A stretch of DNA of 64,000 nt from Mobula hypostoma (taxonomy: Eukaryota), in NCBI RefSeq assembly GCF_963921235.1, contig NC_086108.1:95420001-95484000 (forward strand), in the 5' to 3' direction. Shown piece after piece: positions 12,769 to 26,087 of the stretch (its first letter is position 1; each line of letters begins with the position of its first letter). The translations under genes were made by a program, and so were the position numbers. The notes under the pieces are model-generated. The model did no database searches, had not been told where the DNA came from, and worked only from the letters and a program-made list of their open reading frames with translations.

Positions 12769-13644
12769 GAACAGTATATACCAGAGAATAGTACAAGACA
12801 GGAACAGGTCCTTTGGCCCATAATTTTGTGCCAGATTAAACGTTTCTGATCCATGATCCATATCTCTCCGGTCAATGCATATCCATCTGTCAGTCTAAAA
12901 GCCTTTTAAACACTGCTATGAAATCTGTTTCCAGCACTATCCCTGGCACCCTGTTCCCAACACCAACCACTCTCTGTGTAAAAATAAATTTGCCCCACAA
13001 AACTCCTTTAAACTTGCCCCCATTCACCTTTCAAGTATGTCCTCTAGTATTTGACATTTTTACTCAGAGAGAAAAAAAATCTAACTGTCCATCCTATCTA
13101 AGCCTCTCATAATCTTGTAACTTCTATCAGGTCTCCCCTCAGCCTGGGATACTTCTGTGAAAGTGGATCAAGTTTGCCCAACCTCTCCTTATGGCTCATA
13201 CCTTCTAATCCAGGCAGCCGAGATCAACGAAGAAAACCTATCTGATAAGGAGAAAAGGTTGGACCTGAATCTATTTCATTGAAATCCAGTTGAGATAATA
13301 CCAACCATGTGTTTATAAGGCACACTATATTTTAAAAAATCAAGATGCTTCACAAATGTTCCAGTGAAATGAGCTGGAGTACAGGTAGAATTGGGCAGCG
13401 TCTAAAGGTCTTTAAATTAAAAGCTGAATTGTGATGAAAAGCTCATCTTGGGTCAGGTATGAAATCAAGACGGTGAAGAATCTATTCCAGTTTTAGACAA
13501 ACACTGGAGAGAAGATGAAGCTGATGGCCTGACAGTAGAGTTTATGACTGGGATTGATGACAATGGACTTTGTCCCTGCCACATCACCTTGCTTCTATAT
13601 AACTGAGGAGGACTAATAAAAACGATAAACCAAATCTGTATCAC

Positions 13645-13835
13645 AGACACAAAAGATGCTGGAAATCCAGAACAACACACATAAAATACCGCAGGAACTC
13701 AGCAGGTCAGGCAACATCTATGGAGAGGAACAAACAGTTGACATTTTAGCTGACCCCCTTCATAAGGACTGTTTATTCTCCTCCGTGGATGCTGCCTGAC
13801 CTGCTGAGTTCCTCCAGTATTTTGTGCGCGTTTTT
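13645..13835. mobile_element. Fold-back PLE-repeat derivative
   Basis: ggaactcagcaggtcaggcaacatctatggag is nearly complementary to ctccgtggatgctgcctgacctgctgagttcc. Confidence 0.8.
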
Positions 13836-14814
13836 CTGTTTCACATCAAACCTTTTGCTTGGTTTTGGTTACATTCCAGGCAAAAACCAAAATGAAAAGT
13901 TGCACCTCTCCAAAATGTTATACAAACCATTTTTTGATAAAAATTCAAAGCTTATCTGGGATTAAGGTAAATGTACCATATTATTCAGGTAATCTATTGA
14001 AGAATTATATAAATCAACATTTTCAGATTGGTGGATTTTAAACACGGTCAGTATACATCTGTTAATCAGTATACAGTACTCCTGTTTAGATAACATTTCA
14101 ATGTAATATTATTTCAGTTTTCAAGGTATTACATTTCAAGAAAATTATTGTTAATGATTAAGGATCCTTTGTTGATCTGAGATACAAGTTCCAGATTGAG
14201 TCTCTGATTGATGTCCAGCTGTATAAGTCCACTTCTTTCACAGCTCTTAAGCTGGTTTCTAAACAACCAGGCAGAAACATTACCCTCCTGAGTAACTGTA
14301 ATGGAGGTCCGCTACTTTAGCACCAATTTCCATAGCACCAATTTTCATGGTTCAGTGCCATGGTACAGCTCACCTTGTGATTCCACTCTGGCCTGAGCAA
14401 ATACTGAACGTCCTTCAACAAGATACACTTACTGCATCTTCCCAGTTTCTCCTTCCAGACCTGCACTTGACGAGCCTTTTTGCTCCAGCCATTGCCTGCT
14501 CCTCAGGCTCCTTCTAAATCTCTCACCTTTCACCTTAATCCTATGCCTTCTAGCTTTTACTTCCCCTTCCCTGGGAAAAAGGATTTTGTGTGTTCACCCT
14601 GTCTATGCCCCCCTTGATTATAAAATTAACCCCCAATCTCTTAAATTCCCAGGAATAACAGTCAAGCCTACACAACCTCCCCCTGTAACTCAGAGCCTTG
14701 AGTCCTGTCAGCATCATGACAAATCTTCCTCACATTCTCTCCATTTTGATGATGTCTTTGCTTGAGAGTGACCAAAACAATAAACAGTATGTTCTTGTAC
14801 AGCTGTGACATAAC

Positions 14815-17420
14815 CAGGGCCGGATTAAGCTAGTGTGGGGCCTGTAGCATATGTTATAAAGGGGTCCTAAATTTTAAAAAATGCACACAAGTATTAAAGC
14901 ATAAATTATTTACTTGCATAGTAAAGTAATTCAATTTTTTCATTTGCTATACAGCCAGATAATACGACAAATGTCTGACACTTCAGTAATAGCATTACTT
15001 ACTTGTAGGTATCAATTTCAAACGTCAAAAGAAACAACACTACAATTTAAAAGTTAGATTTTCTAGATTTAGCATGAACAAATTTGTTGATGATACTGGA
15101 AACATCTATTTCACACAGAAGTTCATGTTCAAAGCTCATTAGAGTGAGATTGTTCAACCTGTTTTGACCCATGGTGCTCCTTAGTTCATTTTTCATCCTT
15201 TTCAGCTTTGAAAATGAGCGTTCTCCACTGCAGTTGGTAACTATGAGTGACAAACAGATGTCCAAGGCATTTTCTACATTTGGAAAACATGACTCCAAAG
15301 AATTGTCAGTTATCAAATGGTACAACTGTAACTCTACAAGGTCTTGTTTGATGCCAATATGAGAAGCAAGATCAGTTTTCAACAGTTCAGTAAACTGTAC
15401 AAATTCTTCATTAAGACTTTCTTCCACATCTTCCAGATATGATTTAATAAGATTTGATGACCTCTTTATGATCTCTTCAGGTGTAAACAACTGTAACTGA
15501 TGAAGGAATCCAAAAACACCATTCACCTTTAGATAACCTTCCTGCCTCTTTGACAGGGCAGAAAGCAAGCTGTCAATAATGGCAAGAAATGTTCGGCTTT
15601 TAAACTTCTGAGAAGGCGTTTGAGATTCAACAAGTGGATCAAGAGTGCTGGAACCACTGAAATCATCACACGCACGATTTTGCTTGTGCTTTCTTCGAGT
15701 TTGCTGTTGATAATCTTCACAGTCAGATCCTTGGCTTTTTGCTCAATGTCTGAAAAAGTAGATCACATAGCTTGAATATATCCATGCGAGGATTCATAGA
15801 GTGCACGAGCTGTCTTCAAGTCTTGGCCAGAAGATTGCAAAGAAGCACTGGTCATTTGAAAATGCTGTAATACTTGATCCCATAATATGACCATTATTCC
15901 TGTTTCCAACTTCATCATGGTTGAAAGTAGTCCACGAGCCTGTTGTCGACGCTCTGCCTTCTGATCATTGAAATGTCATCCAAGACTTGTTTTATTGCAG
16001 AAAAGCTGTGTAAAAGTGCTTTTGTTGCATCTGCACGAGCTGACCACCTGGTATCTGACATTCTTTTCACAGTGGACAAATGAGCACCACCATCAGATAT
16101 TGCAGCAGAAAGGAGATCCCACTGATAAGTAGAAGCAGAAAAAAATGTGTACAGGCTTTCTACAAATTGAAAGAAAATTGATGCTTCTTGACAACATTCA
16201 GCAGCACATTTTCCAACCAAATTTAGTGAATGTGCAAAACATGGAATGTAATCCGCAAACTCATTCAGCTCTTTAATTCGTGCTTGTAAGCCACTATACT
16301 TGCCACTCATGTTGCTTGCATTGTCATAACTTTAACCACGGCAGTCTTTTATATCAATGTCATTTTCCTTTAAAGAGTCAAGTAAACTTTGAGCAAGCTG
16401 TTCAGCACTATGACCTTCCATATCCAAAAACTTCACAAATCTTTCAACTGGTCCAGAGGGCAAAACATAGCACACAGTCAAAGTCAGCTGGTCCACATTA
16501 GATATATCTGGAGTAGAATCCAATGAAACAGGATAATACTTGTATTTCTTCACTTAACCAATAATGTGATCCAGTACGCTGGATCCAATCAGATTGGCGA
16601 ATTCCTCAAGTGTCGTTTTAGATAGGTATCATTCATGTCCCCTTCCTTGGTTTGCATGAGCATTTATACCACGACACAGCAAGGAGCCAACACACGCCTG
16701 CACACACATACTGTACCATGCAGCATGCAGCTCCCCCGACATGAAAACAACAGCGATGCCAGATCATTGTTGTTGTGGAGTAGATGAAATCGCAGAGTGT
16801 TGTGTTACTGGTAGGTACAAGACAGTTTCTTTATTCGACAAAACAAAGTTACAGCAGGCAGAGACTCCTGGCAGAACAGGTCTAACCACCTTGTGATTGA
16901 GGCTCGATATTTATTTTTCTAAACACAAAGGACAGTTCATAGTTACAAGTATAGACAATTCTTTGAAGTTTTCACATCTTTTGATTAAATTCATTCTACC
17001 AGCGCCAGTATGCCTAAACTGGCATTCATGGCCTTTAAGAATGCAAATTAAAATCCATACAATTCATATTCAAGAAGCATAGATATGGTGTCTTTGCACT
17101 ACGTGTAAACTTAGCATTCTTGTCTCAGAGGCACCAGAGATGCATTGTTACAAATGAAACTGGGTTCACAGCTTTTAGGAGGTGCATTGTTATGAACTCA
17201 AACTACTGTACTTGTCGAAGAACAGAAGACTGATGGCTGAAGTCATTTATTTAAGTGTAAATGAATCGTCTACCCAAAACTCACTCTAACAGTCGTGAGA
17301 ATACGGTGAGATGCCGATTTCACCAGACTGCAGCTTGCAAGCATTTAGTGCGAGCGGGGCCCTTGAAAATGTGGGGCCCATAGCATATGCTACTTTTGCT
17401 ACTAGGTTAATCCAGCCCTG
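14815..17420 (-). mobile_element. hAT (Tip100/Zaphod-like) DNA transposon with decayed, 5'-deleted transposase
   Basis: TIRs CAGGGC(C/T)GGATTAA(G/C)CTAGT; perfect 8-bp TSD GACATAAC at 14807-14814 and 17421-17428; transposase pieces DSTPDISNVDQL, YDNASNMSG..CFAHSLNL, TRWS and dimerisation motif ERSFSKLKRMKNELRSTMGQNRL (15047-16660). Confidence 0.93.
16803..17291 (-). mobile_element. Solo LTR inserted in the hAT element
   Basis: TGTTA...TAACA termini; 4-bp flanks GTTG/GTCG (one CpG-type change); AATAAA near the minus-strand 3' end (~16830). Confidence 0.75.
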
Positions 17421-17494
17421 GACATAACACCCAACTCCTATACTCAGTACAGTACCCTGAATGACGAAGGGCAGTATGCCAACTGCCTTCTTCA

Positions 17495-18745
17495 GAATCA
17501 GAATTGGGATTAATGTCACTGGCATCAGTCCTGAAATTTGTTGCTTTGTGACAGCAGTACATTGCAACAAATAATAAAAAAACTACAAATTACAATAAGT
17601 ATATAAAAAATTAAATCAAATAAGTAGTGTAACAAAGAGAGGAAAATAGAACAGTGAGACAGCGTTCATGGATTCATCGTCCATTCAGAAATCTCATGTC
17701 AGAGGGGAAGCTGTTTCTGAATCCTTGTGTGTGACTTCAGGCTCCTGTACCTCCTCCTTGAAGGTAGCAATGAGAAGAAGGCATGTCCTGGGTGATGGGG
17801 GTCCGTAATGATGGATGCTGCCTTTTTGACATTGATCCTGGGGAGGCTGGTGCCCATGATGGAACTGGCTGAGTGTACAACTTCCTGCAGCTTTTTCTGA
17901 TCCTCTCCACATCAGATGATCATGCATCCAGTTAGAATGCTCTCCACAGTACATCTATAGGAATTTGCGAGTGTCTTTGGTGACTTACCAAGTCTCCTCA
18001 AACTCGTAATGAAGTGTTGCTGTTGTCGTTCCTTCTTTGTAACTTTATCGATATGTTGGGCCCAGTATAGATCTTCAGAGATGTTGGCACTCAGGCGCTT
18101 GAAACTGCTCACTCTTTCCTCTGCTGACCCCTTGATGAGGACTAGTGAATTTTCCCTTGACTTACCCACAGTCAATTTCATGGCCTTACTGACTCTGAGT
18201 GCAAGGTTGTTGCTGCGACACCACTCATCCAGCTGATCTATCCCGCTCTTGTACGCCTCCTCGTCACCATCTGAAATTCTGTCAACAATTGTTGTGTCAT
18301 CGGCAAATGTATAGATGGTGTTTGAGCTGTGCCTAGCCACACAGTCGTGGGTGTAGAGGGAGTAGAGCAGTGGGCTTAGCAGTCATCCTTGATGTGTGCC
18401 AGTGTTGATTGTCAACGGGGAGGAGATGTTATTTCTGATCCCATACAGACCCTCATCTTCTTCCAGTGAGGAAGTCAAAGATCCAGTTGCAGAGGAAGGT
18501 ACAGAGGCCCAGGTTTTGAAGCTTTTTGATTTGGAATTGAGGGTACGTTTGTGTTGGATGTTGAGTTATAAACAGCAGCCTGATGTAGGTATTCTTATTG
18601 TTCAGGTGATCCAAGGCTGTGTGGAGAGCCAGGGAGATAGCATCTGCTGTAGACCTATTGTTGCGGTAGGCAAATTACAGTGGATCCAGGTCCTTGCTTA
18701 CACAGGAATTGATTCTACCAGTGACCAACCTCTCAAAGCACCATT
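17495..18745 (-). mobile_element. Rex1/Babar-type LINE fragment
   Basis: ARHSSNTIYTFADDTT...WCRSNNLAL...ESILTGC. Confidence 0.85.
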
Positions 18746-19126
18746 CTGTCTAACTATTACATAGTACAAGTACATGGTTTACTGAAACCACTTTCAGTAA
18801 ACTACGTACTTGTACTCCTGGGTTTCCCTGTTCTACAATACTCCTCAGGGCCTAATCATTCAAGATGTAAGTCCTACCCTGGTTGGACTATCCAAAGTGC
18901 AACTCATTGCAGCTATCCAAATTGGAAGCTACTTGCATATCCCTGGCCCAGTTACCTGACCGATCAAAGTCCTCCCAATAACCATCTTCATTGTCCAATA
19001 TGCTATCAAGTTTGCTGGCATACTTTTGCGTCAGCTGGTGGTCTATTTTTGTGACATCTGTTTTGGAGCGTTCTGCAAACCTACTCGCCCCACCAGCTAC
19101 ATTCTTACCTGAAACGTTAACATTAG

Positions 19127-19445
19127 GGAGGCACGGTAGCAGTTGACTTATTGCTTTACAGGACAAGCAATCGGTGATGGGGGTTCAATTCCGGCTGCTG
19201 CCAGTAAGTTTTTTCCCTTCTCCACACGACCGTGTGTGTTTCCTGCAGGTGCCCCGGTTTCCTCCCACATTCCAAAGATGTTTCGGTTAGGTTTTGTAAG
19301 TTACAGGCATGCTGTGTTGGCACTGGAAGCATGGTGACATTTGCTGGTTGCGTGTGGCACAACTCCTGCTGACTTGATTTGATGCAAATGACAAATCTTG
19401 CTGTATGTTCCGGAGTACATGTCACCAATAAAGCAAATCACTTTA
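19127..19445 (+). mobile_element. tRNA-derived V-SINE-like element
   Basis: Head ggcacggtagc...ggggttcaattcc (A/B box-like); V-domain-like ggtgccccggtttcctcccacattccaaaga; second copy at ~58240-58550. Confidence 0.75.
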
Positions 19446-20399
19446 AGAGTATTTATTATTCGATGACAGAAAACATGGATCCAACACCAATCCCTACCAC
19501 ACACCACTGCTAACAGGCCTCCAATGTACAAAACAAACCTTCACTCCTACCCTCTGACTCTCACCATGAAACTAATTCTTGGGATCCAGTGTGATCTAGT
19601 CAATCTTCATTGACTAGATCACACTGGATTCCAAGAAACCTAATCTTCCAGACACAGGATCTTATCAAAGGTTTGCAAAAGTCCACATAGACAATGTTTT
19701 CTATCTTGCCCTTGTCAATCCTCTTGGCCACCTCTTCAAAAATCTCAATCAAATTCAGGAGAAACAACAGCCCTTGTACAAAGCCAGTCTCACTATTCCT
19801 GATCAGCCCCTGCACTTCCAAACGCAGGTAGTCGGCAACTTCATTCAAAGAGGCCACAAGTTAACCATTGTAGGAAGTGGTGAAGTTCAAATGGATCTGT
19901 TTTTATTTGACAATAGACAAGCATATAAATGCTGAAATTAGGAGCAGGAGTAGGTCATTTAGACTCCAGGCATGATCTGTCATTTATTAAGGCTTGGCTG
20001 GTCATGGAAAAAGTAAGATTCCTTTGATGCATTTTGATCTATTAATGGAATTACATTGTAACTTGTAAAGTAGTTTATCAGTTAGTTAGTTAGAGCTTTC
20101 AGTGCAAAACAGCATACTGGTAATTCAATTACTAAAAACATAATGACTACATTTAAAATAACATCAGAGATATTCAGAATGACACCTTAGTTGCAAGTGA
20201 ATTAAAAACAATCAATTCTAAAATTAGAAGAAATAGTGGCTGCCCCATTCAAGTGTTGCACTTGCCCATGTCATAAAATGCAGTGAATAAATATAAAATG
20301 GCATCAAGAATTAAAGATGAAATTCAACAGAGCTCTGATATCAAAGGAAGGTAGCTGCTCCATTTAAACCTAAATACTGCACATGCCCACCTATTGCAC

Positions 20400-21075
20400 T
20401 TAAGAGACTGTCCATAGTGCCAATGGACTATGGGTGGGTAGGGGGGCATTGTTCCGTTGCACTACAGCCCTTGGGATAAAACTGTTTCAGTCTGGATGTC
20501 TGTGCAGAGATGTTTCTGTATCTGCTGCTGAATGGCAGGAGATTCAACAGGTGCCACTGGGATGGGATGAGTCCATTGTGTTACAAGCCCACCATAGACA
20601 GTATGAGTTGTAGATAGTTTCCGTATCTGATAGTTGAGTCCCAATGATGCTCTGTGCAGTCGTGACCACTCGTTGAAGAGCTTTTCGGTCGATCATGCTG
20701 CAGCTCATGTACCATGCTGTCATGTAGTAGGTTAGTATGTTCTCAATTACACATCAGTAAAGGTTTTCCAGCAGCTTTTGGGGCAGGTTTGCTCTTGTTA
20801 AACTAAGGTAGTACAGGTGCTACTGAGCCTTCCTTACTATCAAGGAGGTGTTGGTGGTCCAAGAGAGCTCTTCTTTGAGGTGCACTCCCAAGAACTTAAA
20901 GCTGAAGGCCTTTCCACTGCTTCACCATTTATGAGTAGTGGAGCTTGTTCATGCCTTCTTGATTCCCTAAAGTCGATAATCATTTCTTTTTTTTTTGATA
21001 TTGAGTGAAAGGTGATGGTTGTTGCACCATTCAGTTTCTGCACCTCCTCTCTGTATGTTATTTATAATTAATCCA
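20400..21075 (-). mobile_element. Old Rex1-type LINE fragment
   Basis: ISKKKEMIIDFR..PLLINGEAVE and LLPxSRYR..SFYPRAV remnants. Confidence 0.7.
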
Positions 21076-21089
21076 GTCACTGTGGTAGT

Positions 21090-21785
21090 TAGTTACTGCC
21101 TGTTAGGCCACTGATGTTTAGGGCAGCAATGAAGGTCCTCCATCTTTGTCTGTCCTTGGCCAAAACCAATTTTGTTCTTGATCTTAGCAGTGTTCAGGGC
21201 TTCCTTCATTGTGCCAGTAGCTTCCTCTCAGTTTTCACTACAAATCCAGGAATACCATCACACTCAGATATAGGATTCTTCATTGCTGTTTCCGTGGCAA
21301 TTTTTTTGACCTTGTCAGGGTTGTTAGCCCTGAGCTGAAGCCCCAAACCTGGAGGACTGGTGGACCACTCTTAGTCTGGCCTCTACCCTTTGACCTGTTT
21401 GTGGCATGAGTGACCCTACCAGGGTCTTTTTTTTTTAGCCAGAGGGTGGTGAATCTGTGGAATTTGTTGCCACAGGCGGCAGTGGAGGCCAAGTCATTGG
21501 GTATATTTAAGGCAGAGATTGATAGGTATCTGAGTAGCCAGGGCATCAAAAGTTATGGTGAGAAGGTGGGGGAGTGGAACTAAATGGGAGAATGGATCAG
21601 CTCATGATAAAATGGCGGAGCAGACTCGATGGGGCGAACGGCCGACTTCTGCTCCTTTGTCTTATGGTCTTATGGCTTTATGGAGTCAAAGGAAAAGGCC
21701 CTGACTCCAGCTAACATAGCTCCTGGGTCATTTGGGCATGCAAGCCTCCAAACTCCACGACAAGGTTTGTGGTCCTCTTGGAGGA
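21090..21785 (-). mobile_element. RTE-leader-derived short element split by a + strand CR1 3' piece (21425-21678)
   Basis: Minus strand ccttgtcgtgg...ggcttgc...gagctatg (BovB/RTE-leader-like); the CR1 piece ends cttatggtcttatgg. Confidence 0.6.
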
Positions 21786-22880
21786 CATCGCTGTGGTGTC
21801 ATCTGCAAATTTGATGATGGAGTTGGTGGCACAGGCAGGGGTACAGACACGGATGAAAAGTGTGTGAAGAATTGGGTTCAGTACACATCCCTGTGGTGCC
21901 CCAGTGTTCAGGGTCATGGAGGTGGACATATACTTGCCTAGTCTGACTGCCTGGGTGCCATTGGTAAGAAAGTCTAGAATCGAATTGCAAATTGATGTAT
22001 TGAGTCCCAGACTGTGTGGTTTAACAGTCAACTTGTTGGGGAGGATCACGTTGAAGGCAGAACTGCAGTCAATAAGTATTCTGGTCTTATGCTCCAGGTG
22101 TTCCAGTACGACATGGAGAGTGATGAAGCTGGCGTTCTTGGTTCATCTGTTTGTCTTATAGGAGACCTGGTGCTGGTCCAGAGTAGCAGGGATGGCATTC
22201 TTAATGTGGGACATAACCCCGTCTCTCCAGGCACTTGGCGGCTACGGGGGTAAGTGCAACCGGTCTGTATTCATTGAGGAAAATCAATGGAGCTATAAAG
22301 AAGGCAAGACATCGGCTGTACTGTATTTCATTAGGTATGTCTCCTAAAGCACTCACAAATTTTTACAGATATGTCGTGAACAGCATTCTAACTGGCTGCA
22401 TCACCATCTAGTACGGGGTTGGGTGGCCACTGCACAGGATCAAGATAAACTGCAGAGATTTGTAAAATTAGTCAGCTTCACCATGGGTACTAGCCTCTGT
22501 ACTATCCAAGACATCTTGAAGGAGAGGTGCCTCAGAAAGGCAGCGTCCATCGTTTAGGACCCCCACAACCCAGGACATGCCCTCTTCTCATTGATACCAC
22601 CAGGAAGGAGATACAGAAACCAGAAGGCACACGCCCAACGATTCAGGATCAGCTTCTTCCCCTCTGCCATCAGATTTCTGAATGGACATTGAACCCATGA
22701 ACACTACCTCCCTACTTTTTTTATCTCTGTTTTTGCACTACATATTTAATTTAATTATTTAATGATATGTATACTTACTGTAATTCATAGGTTTTTAAAA
22801 ATATTACCATGTATTGTATTTTACTGCTGCTGGAAAGTTAACAAATTTCACGACATATTAAACCTGATTCTAATTCTGAT
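21785..22880. mobile_element. Two Rex1-type fragments head-to-head (minus ~21785-22280; plus ~22290-22880)
   Basis: NTGAPQGCVL..IIKFADDTT on minus; SILTGCIT...gattctaattctgat tail on plus. Confidence 0.75.
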
Positions 22881-22919
22881 GTTACCCAGGCGGGTTGTGG
22901 GATCTGTAACGTAACCGTA

Positions 22920-23275
22920 AGTTAGGACGGAAGGGATGCCAGGCAGGATAGTGAAATGGTCCTCTTGCGGGCTGTGGGAAGGCAGTGCCCCTGATGACTA
23001 AAGCGGTGAGAAGTGCATCCGGCTGCAGCTTCTGACAAACCGTGGTAAGGAGTTCGAGCTGGAACTGGGTTTACTCCAGATCATTTGGGAGGCTGATGGG
23101 GTGATAGGTAGGACATATAGAGAGGGAGCTACACCCAAGGTGCAGGACACAGGAAACTGGGTGACAGTCAGGAAGGGGAAAAGGGTTAAGGAGCCAGTGC
23201 AGAGTGCTCCTGTGGCCACCCCTCTCAACAACAGGTATACCACTTTGGATACTGCTGGAGGGGTGACTTAACAGA
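22920..23275 (+). mobile_element. CR1 ORF1 N-terminal fragment
   Basis: Decayed EKCIRLQLL..KEFELEL..WVTVRKG..PLNNRYTTLD. Confidence 0.65.
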
Positions 23276-23728
23276 GGTCATAAAATTTATTGGTCCTCTG
23301 TAATAAAATTTATACTTTTGAGGCAGCAATACAGTATAATACATTAAAAATTACTATAAACTTCAAAAGAAATTTATATAAAATTTAAATTAAGTAAGTA
23401 GTGCAAAAAGAGAGCAAAAATAGGTGAGAAAGTGCTCATGGGTTCATTGTCCACTGAGAAATCTCATGGCAGAGGGGTAAAAGCAATTCCAAAAAGGTAG
23501 AGTGTGTATCTTCAGGCTCCTGTACCTCCCCCTTGATGGTACCAATGAGCCACTGAGGAGAGTACGTTTCCTGTGTGATGAGGAGGGTGGGGGGGGGGTC
23601 CTTAATGATGGGTGCTGCCTTTTTGAGGCATTACCTTTGGAAGCTGTTCTCGATGCTGGAGAAAATGTGTGCAGTAGACAGTAAGTTCCAAGGCCATAAC
23701 ATGACAGATTGAAAGGTTAAGTTCTCTT

Positions 23729-25753
23729 AAGGACTCTTCCACCCCCACCGATGACCCCTTCTCCCGTCTTCAACCCTCCTCTTCTTCATGGACACCCCGC
23801 TCTGGTCTTCTGCCTGCTCTGGATCTCTTTATCGCTAATTGCCGACTGGACATCAACCGTCTCGACTTCACCGCACCTTGTCCCCATTCCAACCTCACTC
23901 CTTTGGAACGCTCTGCTCTCCACTCCCTCCGCACTAATCCTAACATTATTATTAAACCTGCCGATAAGGGGGGTGGTGTTGTAGTCTGGCGTACTGACCT
24001 CTACCTTGCCGAGGCACAGCGACAACTCGTGGATACCTCCTCTTATTTACCCCTCGATCGTGACCCCACTAAGGAGCACCAGGCCATTGTCTCCCACACC
24101 ATCACCGACTTTATCCGCTCAGGGGATCTCCCATCCACTGCTACCAACTTTATAGTTCCCACACCCCGCACTTCCCGTTTCTACCTCCTACCCAAGATCC
24201 ACAAACCTGCCTGTCCTGGCTGACCTATTGTCTCAGCTTGCTCCTGCCCCACCGAACTCATTTCTGCATACCTCGACACTGTTTTATCACCCCTTGTTCA
24301 ATCCCTTCCAACCTATGTTCGTGACACTTCTCACGCTCTTAAACTTTTTGATGATTTTAAGTTCCCTGGCCCCCACTGCTTTATTTTCACCATGGATGTC
24401 CAGTCCTTATATACTTCCATCCCCCATCAGGAAGGTCTCAAAGCTCTACGCTTCTTTTTGGATTCCAGACCTAATCAGTTCCCCTCTACCACCACTCTGC
24501 TCCGTCTAGCGGAATTAGTCCTTACTCTTAATAATTTCTCCTTTGGCTCCTCCCATTTCCTCCAAACTAAAGGTGTAGCTATGGGCACCCGTATGGGTCC
24601 TAGCTATGCCTGCCTTTTTGTTGGGTTTGTGGAACAATCTATGTTCCGTGCCTATTCTGGTATCTGTCCCCCACTTTTCCTTCGCTACATCGACGACTGC
24701 ATTGGCGCTGCTTCCTGCACGCATGCAGAATTCGTTGACTTTATTAACTTTGCCTCTAACTTTCACCCTTCCCTCAAGTTTACCTGGTCCATTTCCGACA
24801 CCTCCCTCCCCTTTCTAGACCTTTCTGTCTCTGTCTCTGGAGACAGCTTATCCACTGATGTCTACTATAAGCCTACTGACTCTCACAGCTATCTGGACTA
24901 TTCCTCTTCTCACCCTGTCTCTTGCAAAAATGCCATCCCCTTCTCGCAATTCCTCCGTCTCCGCCGCATCTGCTCTCAGGATGAAGCTTTTCATTCTAGG
25001 ACGAGGGAGATGTCTTCCTTTTTTAAAGAAAGGGGCTTCCCTTCCTCCACTATCAACTCTGCTCTTAAACGTATCTCCCCCATTTCACGTACATCTGCTC
25101 TCACTCCATCCTCCCACCACCCCACTAGGAATAGGGTTCCCCTGGTCCTCACCTACCACCCCACCAGCCTTCGGGTCCAACATATTATTCTCCGTAACTT
25201 CCGCCACCTCCAACGGGATCCCACCACTAAGCACATCTTTCCCTCCCCGCCTCTCTCTGCATTCCGCAGGGATCGCTCCCTACACAACTCCCTTGTCCAT
25301 TCGTCCCCCCCATCCCTCCCCACTGATCTCCCTCCTGGCACTTATCCATGTAAGCGGAACAAGTGCTACACATGCCCTTACACTTCCTCCCTTACCACCA
25401 TTCAGGGCCCCAAACAGTCCTTCCAGGTGAGGCATCACTTCACCTATGAGTCGACTGGGGTGATATACTGCGTCCTGTGCTCCCGATGTGGCCTTTTATA
25501 TATTGGTGAGACCCGACGCAGACTGGGAGACCGCTTTGCTGAACATCTACGTTCTGTCCGCCAGAGAAAGCAGGATCTCCCAGTGGCCACACATTTTAAT
25601 TCCACATCCCATTCCCATTCTGACATGTCTGTCCACGGCCTCCTCTACTGTGGAGATGAAGCCACACTCAGGTTGGAGGAACAACACCTTATATTCCGTC
25701 TGGGTAGCCTCCAACCTGGTGGCATGAACATCGACTTCTCTAACTTCCGCTAA
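23729..25753 (+). pseudogene. PLE reverse transcriptase plus GIY-YIG endonuclease ORF with one in-frame TGA (24221-24223)
   Basis: SNLT..IIIKPADKGG, LPKIHK, MDVQSLYTSIP, GVAMG, RYIDD, Cys cluster PCKRNKCYTC, VIYCxxCxxC..YIGET..RFAEH; the frame is continuous across the stop. Confidence 0.92.
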
Positions 25754-26049
25754 GGCCCCACCCCCCCCTCGTACCCCATCTGTTACTCATTTTTATGCAC
25801 ACATTCTTTCTCTCACTCTCCTTTTTCTCCCTCTGTCCCTCTGAATATACCTCTTGCCCATCCTCTGGGTCACCCCCCCCCCCTTGTCTTTCTTCTCGGA
25901 CCTCCTGTCCCATAATCCTCTCGTATCCCCTTTTGCCTATCACCTGTCCAGCTCTCGGCTCCATCCCTCCCCCTCCTGTCTTCTCCTATCATTTTGGATC
26001 TCCCCCTCCCCCTCCAACTTTCAAATCCCTTACTCACTCTTCCTTCAGT

Positions 26050-26087
26050 TAGTCCTGACGAAGGGTCTCGGCCTGAAACGTCGACTG
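26050..26087 (+). ncRNA. Minimal type I hammerhead ribozyme motif
   Basis: Stem I TAGTC/GACTG, core CTGACGA, stem II AGG-GTCTCGG-CCT, GAAA, palindromic loopless stem III ACGT, cleavage triplet GTC (cut after 26082). Confidence 0.8.

Noticed and set aside
13454..13469. 16-bp match CAGGTATGAAATCAAG with 31635-31650
   Set aside because: The flanks do not align; I cannot distinguish it from chance or a tiny repeat remnant.
15047..16553. ZMYM1-like domesticated host gene
   Set aside because: It has stops and frameshifts and is bounded by TIRs and a TSD, so it is a dead hAT transposase.
19127..19205. tRNA gene
   Set aside because: Only a degenerate SINE head; no cloverleaf can be formed.
24221..24223. 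TGA as programmed readthrough
   Set aside because: It falls at the conserved RPIV arginine, so CGA-to-TGA CpG decay is the simpler explanation.
24858..25430. 190-aa overlapping ORF as a second PLE gene
   Set aside because: Pro/Ser/Leu-rich alternative frame of C/T-rich RT codons, with no recognisable motif.
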